A stretch of 64,000 nucleotides of DNA from Chara braunii (lineage: Eukaryota > Plantae > Charophyceae). Where the stretch lies: contig BFEA01000046.1 of the NCBI GenBank assembly GCA_003427395.1, forward strand, positions 2,421,903 to 2,485,902. The letters are read 5' to 3'. Shown piece after piece: positions 50,015 through 63,278 of this stretch. Made by a program: the position numbers and the translations under genes. Below the pieces are notes generated by a model. It did not search any database, was not told where the DNA came from, and saw only the letters and a list, made by a program, of their open reading frames with translations. Positions within the stretch are counted from its first letter, which is position 1. The number at the start of each line of letters is the position of its first letter.

Positions 50015-50641
50015 TTGCCGTCGCACAATTTACAGGTATCGGTTAAGGATACCGTCACTATTGTGGATAAATACGAGGAGCTTAACGATGAGGTTGTCAA
50101 TTTCTACATGGTGATGATACTGGACGACTGCGGCCGATCTATTGCTGCCATGAAGACATACACCTTTAACTCTTTCTTCGCCTCAACATTGCTGCTTCGA
50201 GGGCCGACAAGTGTTAGCAGATGGGCTAAAGATGTTGACCTCCTGTCTCAAGACCTCGTCTTGGCACCAGTGCACAAGGGCGGCACACACTGGAGTCTTT
50301 TGGCAATTGACTTTTCTAGATGTGTTTTGAAAATTTTCGACTCGTTTTCCTGTTCGTCATTGAAAGATGATTTCTATTCCACACTATTTGATAACGTTGT
50401 TAAGTATTTGAACATGGTGGCAAGTGCCACCACTGATGGTCGCACTTTCGACCACTTCGCATGCGAGGTCCGCATGAAAGGTGTTCCTCAGCAGCAGGAC
50501 GGGGCTAGTTGTGGGGTGTTTATTTTGATGTTCGCTTCCTGTTTGGCGAAAGGTTTACGTCCACCTTTTGATTTCTTCCATTGACACATCTTCTCTATCA
50601 GATGTAGACTAGCTTTGGCGATGTGTTGTGTTGATAGTTGA
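50015..50641 (+). pseudogene. Ulp1/SENP-family (peptidase C48) SUMO protease domain, probably transposon-borne
   Basis: LNDEVVNFYM, FNSFF, PVHKGGTHWSL, IFDS and PQQQDGASCGVF. The His-Asp-Cys triad and oxyanion Gln are present. The TGA at 50582 appears premature and upstream sequence is frameshifted. Confidence 0.9.
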
Positions 50642-50890
50642 GCGTCTACCTATTTGTTGGTTACGTATTATGGAAGGGTTGGCGTACAAGAACATTTCGT
50701 TCTTCTATGGACATTGATTTCTTCTTTTGTTTTTTCATGAGAGTCTGGTAGGTGTTCTCGCATTGGTTCAAAGCTAAATTGGCTGTCGCGGTTGGTTCTG
50801 ACGTCTCTTTCGAGATGAATAAATGAAAATACAATCGATTATCTACCCAAAATAAAATAAAGTCCCAAAGACCTATGATGGTAATAAATA

Positions 50891-52520
50891 TGTTGTGCCT
50901 CAAAGGCCCGTTCCGCCCGATATCCCGACTGTGCCTCAGGGCCCATTCCGTTGATCGTCTCGCTCCGATCCCGATCCCGCGCGGCTGCTCTCGTCTCGAC
51001 CCTACCTCCGCGCGGGCGTGCGCTGTTCCGCGCCCCGAACTCGACTGTGCAGGAGCGCACCCTTATATGTCCAGCTGCCCGGACAGTGCGTGGTGGTCGC
51101 GCGCTGCTGCGGGCCTGTTCGCCTGCTACCCCCTCGTTCGTGCGGATGCGAGGACTGCGTGCGCGTGTGCGCACAATTTCTCCCTTGTGAGTGTCCGTGT
51201 GCAGTTTCTGATTTGCGTGGGTAGGTGTGCACAAAGAGCGCGAGTGAGCGCGCGACTTCGTCCTTGTGCGAGTGGTTGTGCGCTCCCCCAACCCCGACTC
51301 GGCGCGTCTGAGCGAGCATGCACACGGTTGCGCACTCCCCCAATTCTGACTCTGTGCGTCGGAGCGTGCGTGCGCACGATCTCCCCTACGACGAGCGAGG
51401 AAGCGCGGTGTTGCGCGCGATCTCCTCGACAGTGTGTGGATGTGTGCGAGTGCGCGCAGCTCCAACCCTGACTCTGCGCATCTGAGCTCGCGTGTACGGG
51501 CGGTTGCGCGCTTCACCTATCCCGACTAAGCAAGTGTGCACCCGACCCGCTTGTCTGTGCGACTGCGCACCCGGTTCCCGCGACTGTGCGCCCTGGCTGC
51601 GCGCCTGTTTACGACTGCACGGGGTTTGATCTCGACTGTGCGATGACGTGTCCAGCTCACGCGACTATGCACCCTAGCTGTGCGCTTGATTACGACTGCG
51701 CGGGGCTTGATCCCGACTGAGCGATGGTGTGCCCGGCTCGCGCGACTGTGCACCTTGGCTGCGCGCCTGATTACGACTGCGTGGGGGCCGGATCCCGACT
51801 GTGCGACTGCGCGCCCTGTGCGCCTCTGATCACGACTGCGCAGGCCGGATCCCGACCGTGCGCTCGACTTCACACGCCCGATCCCGACAGTGCGCGAGCG
51901 TGCGCAAGTGTGTGCGCCCTTGTCCAAACGTCACGCGTGCGGGAATGCTGCATGCGGTTGGACGTGCGTGAGGGTGTCCACATATGGCTATGGAGTGGCC
52001 CTCTCCCTTTCCCACAAACACTCTTCTCTTCCCTCTTACCTCTAACGTGCACCCCTCTTCTCCATGCTCCTCTGCGGGTGCGCCTCAACGCCCTCTCCCC
52101 GAGTGTGCTTCTGTGATTTCTTTGTGCGCCTGTTTGTGCGCAAGTGGGAAGTGTCCCGATCCTGGGCCCAGTTTGACTTCTATACTTTGTCGGGCCCTTT
52201 TCGAAATGTGCCTCAGCCCTTGCATGCTGCGAGGCTGCCGACAAGTTGCAGCTCCCTGGTACCGTGGCTCCCCCGAGCCTGCGCCCGGACGTATTTGGGC
52301 CCCCGAAGGGTTTTCAGCGACGGGAGCCTTTTTGTCGGGTACCAGGCCTTTTGCAACGCCCTGGTACCGAGGCTCATTCCGAACCTTAGGCTTGGACCCC
52401 AGGCTCTCGTGGTCCCGCAAGGCCCAGTCCCGAAATTAATAATTTCACGGCCCGAGGGCCCTTTTCTTGGCCTTAGGCCTCACAGGCTCTCTTTCGACTT
52501 TACTTAAGGCCCGCATGTCA
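50891..52520 (-). mobile_element. Probable LTR (element 5) rich in CGACTG(T/C)GC repeats
   Basis: TG at 50891 coincides with an abrupt AT-to-GC switch. The region ends ...TGTCA at 52520 followed by AAGCCCCAAG (weak minus-strand PPT). Confidence 0.4.
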
Positions 52521-53837
52521 AAGCCCCAAGCACGCCTGAGCAGTGATTTCCCTTTGTATTGATTCCACAATGAATTCCGGTGTCGACTGCCACTTAGTTC
52601 ACCCGAGGGCCCGTCTTAAAAGTCTGGAACCCTCCCTTGTTCGGCCCATCCACCGGGTCTTAATGCAATCTGGCCCTCCCGTTCCTGTCCTTCACCTGGA
52701 GCCTCCGGTATTTCCTCTGTAGTAGCTGCTCCTTTATGCCTTGGCAATGATATGCCTCAACAGTGCGCGTAAAGGGGCGCTTACCCAGAATTCATGGATC
52801 CACTTTTTCCTGACGCCTCGGTCTCGATACTTGTTGCATGAATTTGATATCGTATCTTTTGATGCCAGTTGCGATCCCGCCAGGCAAATTGACCGAACCC
52901 AGCTCGCCTCAAGTGCTATTATCAAGGAAGTAAAGGGCGGCGTAAGGCTGGAGCCGCCGGACACCGGGCATAGCGTGCAGTAGCAGGTGATGGTGATGGC
53001 GGTCTTCGGGGAGTAGGAGGCACATGCAGATGGGAGTCAAGATGGGATGAGGGGAGTGGAGAGAATATACCTGGTGTAGATAGGCTAGGTAATGTAGGCT
53101 GGGCGCTGGGCACCAGACACGAGCGACATTGAATACGATGTTGGTGTGGCCAGAGAACTCGGCATTGACATTTGAGTTCTTGGTGCATTGTGCTCTCTGC
53201 TTGGTACATGACTATCTGGACTACTTCGTGATTTTGCATTTTGGACTTCATCTATCGCTCTCACTCATATTCCTTGCACATTGTTGTTGAGGTTGGGCGG
53301 AGGAGGACGAGGATTGAGACTGAGACTGGAGAGGGTTTGAGGGGAAGCTTACCTTGACTTACCTGGTGACGTCGTGTGTGATCTGCTGCTTGTCTCCACA
53401 AAGGTGAGGAAGATCTGTGCCATCCTCCCCGCTTAGCTGCTGAGGTTGATGGAGGATGGGCGGCAAGGGGGAGAATATTGCCCAAGGAGGAAGTGGGAAG
53501 GAAGAGACTTTATGCATTATGGATTATTACTGGAACTCTTCTTCTCCTCCTCACTGTCTCTTCTCCCACTACCTCATTCTCTTCTCTAAAGTTACGATGG
53601 TCCTGGAAAGTGCACATATGGTGAGCATGGACATATAATCGATTTTGGGGACATTATTATTTTCGTTGGGTTCAGATTTGTATCACAACAACAAAAAGAA
53701 AAAGAACGAAGGCATGGAAAAGGTGGTCTGTGAAGTTTTTGTAGCCTTGCTGTGCAGCACATGCTGTGTGTGTATGGATAAGGTTCTCAGTACACAATAA
53801 GATTATAAGACACATCATCACAACAGCAAGAGCAGCA

Positions 53838-53839
<2 letters not shown>

Positions 53840-53888
<49 letters not shown>

Positions 53889-54168
53889 GTGTGTGTGNNN
53901 NNNNNNNNNNNNNNNNNNNNNNNNNNNNNNNNNNNNNNNNNNNNNNNNNNNNNNNNNNNNNNNNNNNNNNNNNNNNNNNNNNNNNNNNNNNNNNNNNNNN
54001 NNNNNNNNNNNNNNNNNNNNNNNNNNNNNNNNNNNNNNNNNNNNNNNNNNNNNNNNNNNNNNNNNNNNNNNNNNNNNNNNNNNNNNNNNNNNNNNNNNNN
54101 NNNNNNNNNNNNNNNNNNNNNNNNNNNNNNNNNNNNNNNNNNNNNNNNNNNNNNNNNNNNNNNNNNNN

Positions 54169-54240
<72 letters not shown>
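53840..54240. repeat. (GT)n and (GA)n microsatellites flanking an assembly gap
   Basis: Seen directly. Confidence 0.97.
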
Positions 54241-54241
<1 letters not shown>

Positions 54242-54757
54242 GAGAGTATGGGGTGGTTACAGGGGCTTCCTGCACGAAATACAAGTTGTGAATGTTGGTT
54301 GGTTCATGAGGCAAGGCTGGTGGAGGTGATGAGGCACAGGGAAGGGGGGGGAAGAGTCATTGGTTCAAACTACGAGTCGGGAGGAACTCAGCACGAATAT
54401 GCAAAGCTCTGAGAACAATAGCCCAGTGTCGGACTTTGATGACACACTGCCAAACACATTGATCTGCAGGAGAAGCGGTTTCCACGAAAAGAAAGTTGCC
54501 TTTCCTTGTTTTTTCTGACCCTTTTCCCTGTGTTTCTTTTATGGTCACGAGCTCTGTCTAAACGTTTCGATCTAAAGTAGTGTGGACGAGCTGTGTCTAA
54601 ACTTAGGAGCATTGCAGAAAATGGTTGAAGAAGCAGCAACATCTTCATCCATATCAGTTTTCGCTACACTAACCGTAGCCCCAATCTGATTGCAACTTTG
54701 CAGGCGCTCAATGTTGTACACCTATACACTTATGCCATATACAAATATTCTGGAAAG

Positions 54758-55051
54758 AATATGACCGTAATTGCAGCCAGATACATGGCAATTTCTGGTG
54801 AGAAAACGCCCTTAGAGATACACTGACTGCATCCGAGTCTAGTCAGTTAAGCCATCAGGGCATCATCATCATCCGCATCAGGAAAACACATCGCTCTAGC
54901 CAATATGACCGTAATTGCAGTCAGATACATGACAATTTCTGTTGAGAAAAGGCCCTTGAAGTTCGAGATACACTGACTACACCAGAGTCTAATCAGTTAA
55001 GCCATCAGGGCATCATCATCATCCGCCTTGGGAAAACAGATCGCTCTAGCC
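54758..55051. repeat. ~145-bp tandem duplication, with a partial third copy at about 55565-55625
   Basis: aatatgaccgtaattgcag...tcgctctagcc occurs twice. Confidence 0.9.
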
Positions 55052-55269
55052 ACATTCATATCCTGAAGGAGATGGAAAATGCACAGCTCTGAATAGAAAC
55101 GGATGGATCACTGACCAACTGACCAAGAAACATACTGTGTATCTGTATTTCCACCTCAACACACCATACAACTCTTTGTACACATATATACCTGTTCCCG
55201 TCCATTTCCTACAAGCTTGAAGCATTCAAGTCGTGTGAGCTATAACGCACCCCAGTTCCTCGGACTATA

Positions 55270-55271
<2 letters not shown>

Positions 55272-55349
<78 letters not shown>

Positions 55350-55350
55350 N

Positions 55351-55443
<93 letters not shown>
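55272..55443. repeat. (CT)n(GT)n compound microsatellite
   Basis: Seen directly. Confidence 0.98.
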
Positions 55444-56038
55444 CACATGTGTTCCTTGCTTTCTGAGAGGAATATGTGCGGTATTCCCCACATTTACCTT
55501 TCTTGTGGGGTTCAGCATAGAACGTATGCTACGCGCGCACACACACAACAGTCTGCAATATTCGAATATTCTGGAAAGAATATATGACCGTAATTGCAGT
55601 CAGATATATGGCAAGTCCTGGTGCAGAAAAGTTCACAGGAAGGACACAGTAGAAATGACAGAAGGCTCAAGCATAGTAGACCTAGAGAGGGTGAAGAAAA
55701 CAACAGTCTTTGATAGAATTAATGAATGAATGAATGCCTGGACGAAATAAGGGAGAGAATGAAGGTCGGTCCAGCGCCAACGGGAATGATCTTCATGGAT
55801 GGTCGTAAACATCCACTGATGATTGAATGAGCACAGTGCCCAAATACGAGGGAAGACATGACGAGGTGAGGCCAGGTTGTATAACATGCAATGCAGCATA
55901 TTAGACAATGCCCAACCTTCTGAGACCATGCCAGCTCTCTTGTTCCGTTTCTTCCTCCTTTACTTCATTCCTTTCCATTGCGCTCACTATTGTGAGGTTT
56001 CACGCTCAATGAGCCATGATGCAATGTAATGAAGCGGC

Positions 56039-58696
56039 TCATTTGTCAATCCCTTCGATCCTGTCCTCGACGTCGGCATACAGTTGCCTAAGCCTGTCCA
56101 GGTTTTCCTCTGATGTCTCCCAGTAACCTCTGCCATTCGCTTCCAAGAAAGTGGCCACGAGCTTGCGGAACGAGTTAGGGTTGGTTTCCAACAGCCTCTT
56201 CTGCATCTCTTCATCCTCGATGAAAGTGGAGTTGGCCTCCTCGTACACCCAGTTGTCAACGGTCCCTGATGTTGCCGACCATCCCATTGTATTCGTCAAT
56301 CTCTTCTCTATCTCCCTCACACCTTCATACCCAGATTTAAGCATTCCTTCATACCACTTGGGGTTCAGCATTTTGGTTCGGGCGTCCAGTCTGACAGTCT
56401 CGCTGAGTGTCCTGACCTGGGCATTGGCAGTAGTAGTGTCGGCAATGTACGAAGCTGGCTTCTTACCATCAGTGCGGAGGGACTGCACAAGCTTGGTTGG
56501 GTCGGAGTCAAAGTAGTGGCTAACGTCTGTCAGACTGATTTCGGATGAGTCAAGGTTCTGGAAGGTGGCATCAGCAGTCTTTAAGGCGGCCTCAAAGATC
56601 TGCCTTTTCTCAGCCATGCCTGCGCCTGGGGTGTCACTGTCAAAAGCGAAGGATTTTCGTGACAAGTACATGTCTTGGAGTTGTTTCTCATCGTTCCAGG
56701 ACGAGTTCTCGATTGCAAGATTAACATTGGAGGAGTACGACCCAGAGGCATTGGAGAAAATGCGGGTGGCCGCGTCGCGAACACTCAAGTTGAGCTCTGC
56801 TGCCTGCTCCAATGCGTGCTTGCGGACAAAGTTCATTTCCAGAGGCTCGTCCAGCTCTGCAACCATCTTGACAGCACGGTCCAGAAGGTTCATCTGGTTA
56901 ATAAAAAGGTCGCGGAAGACACCAGAACAGTTGACCACAACATCAATTCGAGGCCGTCCCAGCTCCTCGAGGGGGATGGGCTCAATCTTGTTCACCCTTC
57001 CAAGGGCGTCCGGCAATGGGCGGACGCCAACCATGAGGAGTACCTGCGCAAGGGACTCTCCATAGGTCTTGATGTTGTCAGTGCCCCAGAGCACAAGAGC
57101 AATCGTCTCGGGGTATTTGCCACCATTCTCTGATCTCTGGCGATCTAGCAGGCGGTCGACGACGACCTTTGCACTAAGGATCGCTGCGGCTGTAGGGATG
57201 GCCTGTGGGTCCAGAGCATGGATGTTCTTGCCAGTCGGCAAAACCTTCGGATTCCTGATAGGATCACCTCCCGGACCAGGTTCCACATAGCGCCCTTCCA
57301 AGGCCTGCCGAAGTCCGCCAAGCTCGTTATCCATCACCACCTGTTTTAGACAGAAGCCAAGGAACTCGAAGAGGGTCCTCATCTTCGTTCTATCCGCGTT
57401 CCGGAATTGGGTGGATGCGAGGGCCTCCACCCAAGGGGCACGCTTAGCTGCACCAAAGAGGGCCCCTATCTTCTCGGTGACGCCCACAACTCTGCCCGAT
57501 GCATTTGTTGTCTCATCCACAAAGGCCGTGATAGCTGTGCGGCTAGCCATGGTGATGTCGTTCAGGAGCATCACATCAGCCAGCACTCCCTTGTCACTGT
57601 TTCTGTACACTTCCTCGATGTCCCGACCAATGGACTGAGCGAGAATGCCAGGCAGACCATAGATGTCATCCTCAGGGCGGTCAATGGCTGCAATGTTGAC
57701 AAGAGTGGCTATGGCTTCCTGGGAAGTAGGTGGTTCTCCAATTACATGCAGTCCGCATGGAAGGAGACGGGACTCGATCTCCATCAGCTTGCCATAAACC
57801 TTCCCCACCACAGTATCCCTCTCTTCTGCGCTCAGCTCATCCTCCTCACCAGGCAAGGGAACGTCTTTGTCAAGGTTGCACTGCTTGGCTGTACTGATAA
57901 TGCTGCTGACAATGGCCTTTCCTCGGCCACTGTCCTTCAGAGTCTGATAGGAGGCAATGAGCTCGCTCAACTGCTTGAGCCCCTTGTACAGGCCAGCATT
58001 CTCAGCAGGAGGGGTCAAGTAGCTGATTGTGTTCGCATAGCTGCGGCGCTTCGCAACTGTGGCCTCAGAAGGGTTGTTGGCAGCGTAGTAGTACACATTA
58101 GGAATGTTGCCGATCAGACTGTCCGGGTAGCAGGCGTCCGACATGCCGACCTGTTTGCCAGGCATGAACTCGAGCGAGCCATGAGTGCCAAAGTGGAGGA
58201 CAGCATCAGCCTTGAAAATCTTCTCCAAAAAGGTGTAGTAGGCGGCAAACCCATGGTGAGGGCTAGCCGATTGAGAGAAGAGGAGACGCATAGGATCCCC
58301 CTCATATCCAAAGGTGGGCTGCACTCCGATAAACACATTCCCAAACTCTTTGCCATAGACAAGAAGGTTCTGACCGTCGGAGTTGAGCTTGCCAGGCGGT
58401 TTGCCCCAGTTCTCCTCCAACGCTTCGGCGTAAGGTGTCAGCTTCTTGTACTCCCTCACACTCATGCGGTAGGCGATGTTCAGGTCCGGGCTGGAATACT
58501 TCGCCTCCTTGTCATGCAGTACTTCCTCTATCAAGGCCTCTGAGCTCTCTGGGAGATCTCCCACATTGTACCCATCCCTCTTCAAATCCACCAGCACGCT
58601 GTAGATCGAGGAGAAGACGTTCAAGTAGGCTGCTGTACCAACATTACCCTTGTCAGGGGGAAAGCTGAAGACTGTGATGGCCAACTTCTTCTCTGC
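56039..58696 (-). CDS. CHLH: Magnesium chelatase subunit H, terminal exon (885 aa; 5' exon(s) outside the window)
   Basis: Uninterrupted frame with [73 protein letters not shown] and [16 protein letters not shown] splice acceptor (58702-58697) gives a phase-0 start. Confidence 0.98.
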   Translation of the reverse strand, partial: AEKKLAITVFSFPPDKGNVGTAAYLNVFSSIYSVLVDLKRDGYNVGDLPESSEALIEEVLHDKEAKYSSPDLNIAYRMSVREYKKLTPYAEALEENWGKPPGKLNSDGQNLLVYGKEFGNVFIGVQPTFGYEGDPMRLLFSQSASPHHGFAAYYTFLEKIFKADAVLHFGTHGSLEFMPGKQVGMSDACYPDSLIGNIPNVYYYAANNPSEATVAKRRSYANTISYLTPPAENAGLYKGLKQLSELIASYQTLKDSGRGKAIVSSIISTAKQCNLDKDVPLPGEEDELSAEERDTVVGKVYGKLMEIESRLLPCGLHVIGEPPTSQEAIATLVNIAAIDRPEDDIYGLPGILAQSIGRDIEEVYRNSDKGVLADVMLLNDITMASRTAITAFVDETTNASGRVVGVTEKIGALFGAAKRAPWVEALASTQFRNADRTKMRTLFEFLGFCLKQVVMDNELGGLRQALEGRYVEPGPGGDPIRNPKVLPTGKNIHALDPQAIPTAAAILSAKVVVDRLLDRQRSENGGKYPETIALVLWGTDNIKTYGESLAQVLLMVGVRPLPDALGRVNKIEPIPLEELGRPRIDVVVNCSGVFRDLFINQMNLLDRAVKMVAELDEPLEMNFVRKHALEQAAELNLSVRDAATRIFSNASGSYSSNVNLAIENSSWNDEKQLQDMYLSRKSFAFDSDTPGAGMAEKRQIFEAALKTADATFQNLDSSEISLTDVSHYFDSDPTKLVQSLRTDGKKPASYIADTTTANAQVRTLSETVRLDARTKMLNPKWYEGMLKSGYEGVREIEKRLTNTMGWSATSGTVDNWVYEEANSTFIEDEEMQKRLLETNPNSFRKLVATFLEANGRGYWETSEENLDRLRQLYADVEDRIEGIDK

Positions 58697-58791
58697 CTGC
58701 AGTTACAATAAGTAGACGAAGACAGTTGGAAGCATCCAAGGCACAAAAGGACGGAGGGTGGCGACATAAGTTTTAGTGTCAGAACAGTCAC

Positions 58792-58792
<1 letters not shown>

Positions 58793-58855
<63 letters not shown>

Positions 58856-58923
58856 GTGCAGGCAAAAAATGCAACTGTTACAGTGGTTGATAGACTATGA
58901 TCTGACAACCTGTCACACATGCA

Positions 58924-58978
<55 letters not shown>

Positions 58979-59050
58979 GTGCAGGCAAAAAATTCAACTG
59001 TTACAGTGGTTGATAGACTATGATCTGACAACCTGTCACACATGCACACA
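58793..59050. repeat. Intronic ~125-bp tandem duplication including (GA)n
   Basis: (GA)n-ccctggtgcaggcaaaaa...cacacatgcacacaa occurs twice. Confidence 0.9.
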
Positions 59051-59366
59051 AAAGAAAAAGAATGGATCCTCAAAAACTTCACAGCTTCAGACAAATGGAG
59101 ATGAAGGTGGGGCAACCACACACACCATAGACAACAATGAAGACAAGGTACACATACACACACACACACACACAATACATCAATATCACGTTTTTTGTAT
59201 ATTTTACAATGTTTGCTGTAGAAGATTACAAGGTCAAACCGTTTGTTTTAATTCTGGATCTATTCATCTGGGTGGAAAAGGAATTGTTATGGTGACAGTT
59301 GGCATGTAGAAGAAACTAAGGTCAAGCAGTTTGTTTAGAATTTGGATCTCCTCATATGGTGACAGT

Positions 59367-60259
59367 TGAAATCAGACTCGCTTTCTTCTCACTTCGCATG
59401 CATGTAAACAGATGGCAAATCACCCTGGCGCCAGGCGCCCACATAAAACTCAGAGATATAACAGGTGAGAACACAGTTCAGATACAAACTCGCTTCAAGT
59501 AACTATGGCGCTTGTGCGCCCTTACATCAACCCCCACGACACTGTCTCCTCACAACTTGTTCACACGGACACTTCACTGGATCTCCCTGGATATTCCACG
59601 CGCATACACTCTTACGGCACACTCGTACACACACACACTGAGGACTACTCTAACCTAGCGCAGCTATGGCTGCTCACTAACCCTATCACTACTAGCAGCT
59701 ATGGTTGCTCTGTCTCCCTCGCAGCCCACTTCGGCTTCGGGCATCTGCAGACCACCTCACACAAGACGCACTGGCAGCGCTTCCACTTGGTTCGCAACAG
59801 AATGAATGAATGGCTGGATGCTGCCTCTTGATTTATACTTCTGTTGGTCGCTGGTCTGGCCCCTTCACACCGGGCCCTTCGTGCACACAGTCCCACAGGG
59901 TGCTTGCTGACTGGACTAAGTGAGACTGGGACTGGGTACCGCTGACTAAGCAAGGTTGGACTCACCACTTGCCGACTTGCCTCTGGTCTGCTGTGAACAA
60001 CGTTCGAAAGGCCACTTCCAGACATTCCGGAAGCCTGCGGACTTGGCCTTTCGGAACTGTAGCAGCTACGACCTTGACCTTGCAGGACTGTAGCAGGCTA
60101 CGACCTTGACTTTTCAGAATTACTACAGCTACGGCCTCTACACCAACAACTGACTCCTAAAACGCAGGTCACGGGTTCGTACTGTATACGGGCGAGGTGA
60201 GGTCTAGGTATCGTGCCCTGGGATCTGCATCTGCTACTGCAAAGGTGGAAACCGTTTCA
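59367..60259 (-). mobile_element. 3' LTR of the intronic chromovirus-type element 6
   Basis: TGAAA...TTTCA inverted termini. The minus-strand PPT-like GGCCAGCGGGAG lies between the chromodomain and the LTR. Confidence 0.7.
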
Positions 60260-60299
60260 CTCCCGCTGGCCTAAATTCGAGGTCCTCCGAGAATACTTT

Positions 60300-63278
60300 A
60301 GTCGAAGGTAGAACCTTTCCCTTCTTATCTCTCTCATAGGCTCGGACTATATCGGGAGCTGTCTCTAGAAGCTCTGTTCGAGTAAACCAGCGGTCATCCT
60401 CCAGTTCTTGATAGGCAAATCTAACCTTTTACTGTTTCTGTGGGTGACCTCTACCTCGTGTTCTGAACACATCTTCATCTACTATGCGGTCAATGTCTTA
60501 CCTTCCATCCATGTCGGGAGGGATCATGGACCTTCGTGATGGGAACTGTTGGCTTGTGGTACAGGGCAACAACTGTGACGCATGAAAAACTGGGTAGGTG
60601 TGGAGGTGTGTTGGAATCTCGACTGTGTAGGACGGTGCATCCTCTCCTCCCTCGACTTCTAAGACTGGCCACGGTCCTCGGTATGTAGGCAACAACTTCT
60701 GTGAGATGTTTTCCTCAGGAGCAAACTCTTTTGACTTCACCCAGACTAAGTCGCCTACTTGGTGGGCAACAGTGCTTGTTAGCTTGCTCTATCATTCTGT
60801 GCTGGGCTTTCCTGTGAGGTTCTCAACTGCGGTAGCAATCTCTTTTTCGTGTTGTATCGCAAATTCCCTAGTTTCGGGCGGTAGCCTTTGGATCTGATCC
60901 CGGTTAAGTCCCTCAAACTGTCTACGTGGTCTGAAGGACTTATGTAATTCATTGGGAGTGCGACAAGTGGCTAAGTGCACGCTGTTATTATAAGCACTGG
61001 CTACCTTTGGGAGTATCTCATCCCAGTTAACTTGATCAGGTCTAATATACATTCTAAGAACCTGCTGCAGGACTTTGTTCATCTGCTCAGTCTGCCCGTT
61101 TGTCTTTGGGTGACGGTCAGATGACATCAACAATTTAGAGCCATACACTCTCATTAGTTCCTGCCAGTTCTGACTAGTGAACCGGGTATCTCTATCGCTA
61201 ACTATGGACAGTGGTAACCCATGGTCACTAACCCAATGATCGAAGAACTTCTGTATCACTAAATTTGTGCGTGCCTCTGAGGGCAAAGGAACAAAAACTG
61301 CATATTTGCTAAGTCTATCGACTATGACCATGACTTGGCTCTTGCCATGCTTATTCCTGACACCTGCGTCCATAAAATCAATGGACACAGAATCTCCGGG
61401 TCCTTCGGGGATAGGCAAGGGTCTAAGAAGACCTAGAGGGGCTCGCGTAGTGGTCTTGTTTTGCTGACATACCTTGCAACTGCGTACGTACTCTATGCAA
61501 TCAGCCTTCATGTCAGGCCAAGTATACGTGCGCATGAGGTTGGCTAATGTCTTTTGCCACCCAAAATGTCCCTTTGTATCATGGAATTCCCCCAAGATCA
61601 GACTTCGGATCTCTTCACTGTTGGGAACACACAATCGGTCCGCTACATTAGTCTTCTCGAATAGTAACCCATCTGTAGTGCGGTAGTCTGGCTCAGACTC
61701 TGGAGACTCTGTAACTCTCTTGAGGAGATCACTATAAAAATAGGATCCTGCGCATACGCTTCCTTGACTTTCTGTTGCAGGTCTCTCCCTATATCCAGAT
61801 GGTGAACTATCCCTCCAAAATAATCAGCTTTTCTACTCAGGGCGTCCGCGACTACATTATACTTTCCTTTAACTGGCTTGAGCTCAAAGTCAAACTGGTC
61901 TATCTTTGCGGCCCACCTAGTAAGCTTAGGTGTCATCTTGGCCTGTGTCTTCAACCACCTCAGCGTCTCGGGGTCTGAATACATTTTGAAGTGCCTCCCA
62001 AGCAAGTAGTGCTTCCAGTGATCTAATGTTTGCCTGAGAGTGTAGAGTTCCCTCTCATAGGTTGATGTCGCTACCTTCTTTAAAGGCATCCTAGTAGACA
62101 TGAACTCTATGGGTCTATATCCATTGCCATCGTCTTGCTGTAAAACAACACCTATGCCGTATTGACTTGCGTCAGTAGTAACAACAAAAGGCAGGGACGG
62201 ATCGGCTACCTTGAGGATTGGATACTCTATCAAAACCCGCTTCAACTTCTTCAAGGTTGATGTACATTCTTTGTCCCACTTCCAGATTGCGTCTTTCTTT
62301 AGCAATCTGCGAAGGGGTGCAACGATGGTGGAAAAGTTCCTCACGAACTTCCTATAGTAATTGGCTAAGCCTAAAAACGACCGCAACTATGTCAATGTGC
62401 GGGGCGTTGGCCAATCTCTAATCGCTGCTATCTTACTGTCCTCAGGTTTTATGTCATCTCCATCTAAGACATGGCCCAAGTACAGAACTTGTGTCTTGGC
62501 TTACTCGCACTTCTTTGCGTTCATCTTGAAGTTAGCTTCCCTCAGCTTCTCCAAGACCTGCCTCAGATAGCCCTCATGCTCCTGGAGGGTCCTACTAAAG
62601 ACTAGGATATCATCTAAATACACAACTACAAATCTATCTAACCACGGCCTAAACAAATCATTCATACAACGTTGAAATGTAGTTGGCGTGTTGGTTTGTC
62701 CAAAGGGCATCACTATAAACTCATAATGCCTATATCTGGTCCTAAACGCCGTCTTGTGTTGATCATGAGGATGGACTTCTATCTGATGATAGCCCGACTT
62801 CAAGTCTATCTTCGAGAAGTACTTGCAGCCCTGCACCCGATCTAAGAGATCATACAGGGCAGTGGTTCTGGATTTTTCACTGTGATAGCGTTGAGACCCC
62901 TATAGTCAATACACATTCTTAACTCTCCCTCTTTCTTGGGGACAAACAGAACAGGGCCTAATCCAACCTTTCTCAAGGAGCTCATCTAACTGCTTACGCA
63001 ACTCCTCTAACTCCCTTGGGGACATTCTATACACATCTCCCTTTGGAGTTCTACTGCCAGACTCTCTTTCAATACGATGCTAGATCGACCGCTGCACTAC
63101 TCCTGTTGGCGGCTCAGCCAAATCTGTATACTCTTCCAACAACTTGGCAATAATCGAGTCAATAGGTTTGTCTTCCTTAGGCTCAATAACAGGCCTAACA
63201 TAGGCTACAAAAACTTGTTCTTCTAGTTGTTCCTTTCTCACTAGTCGCGCAAACGCGGGAGCAATGAGGCAGCAATGT
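60300..63278 (-). pseudogene. Ty3/gypsy chromovirus pol (RT-RNaseH-integrase-chromodomain), degenerate
   Basis: RT SKIDLKSGYHQI, MPFG, VYLDDIL. RNase [16 protein letters not shown]. Integrase HDTKGHFG..CKVCQ, SIDF, IVSDRD, GQTEQMN and YRGPW. Chromodomain-like IDRIVDE..KVRFAY..DDRWF (60300-60500). Stops and frameshifts present. Confidence 0.96.

Noticed and set aside
50839-52507. Arg/Ala/Cys-rich ORFs of 110-225 aa
   Set aside because: They arise in several frames from GC-rich repeats with few stop codons.
57407-58543. 378-aa plus-strand ORF
   Set aside because: It is the antisense shadow of the CHLH exon, with no independent motif.
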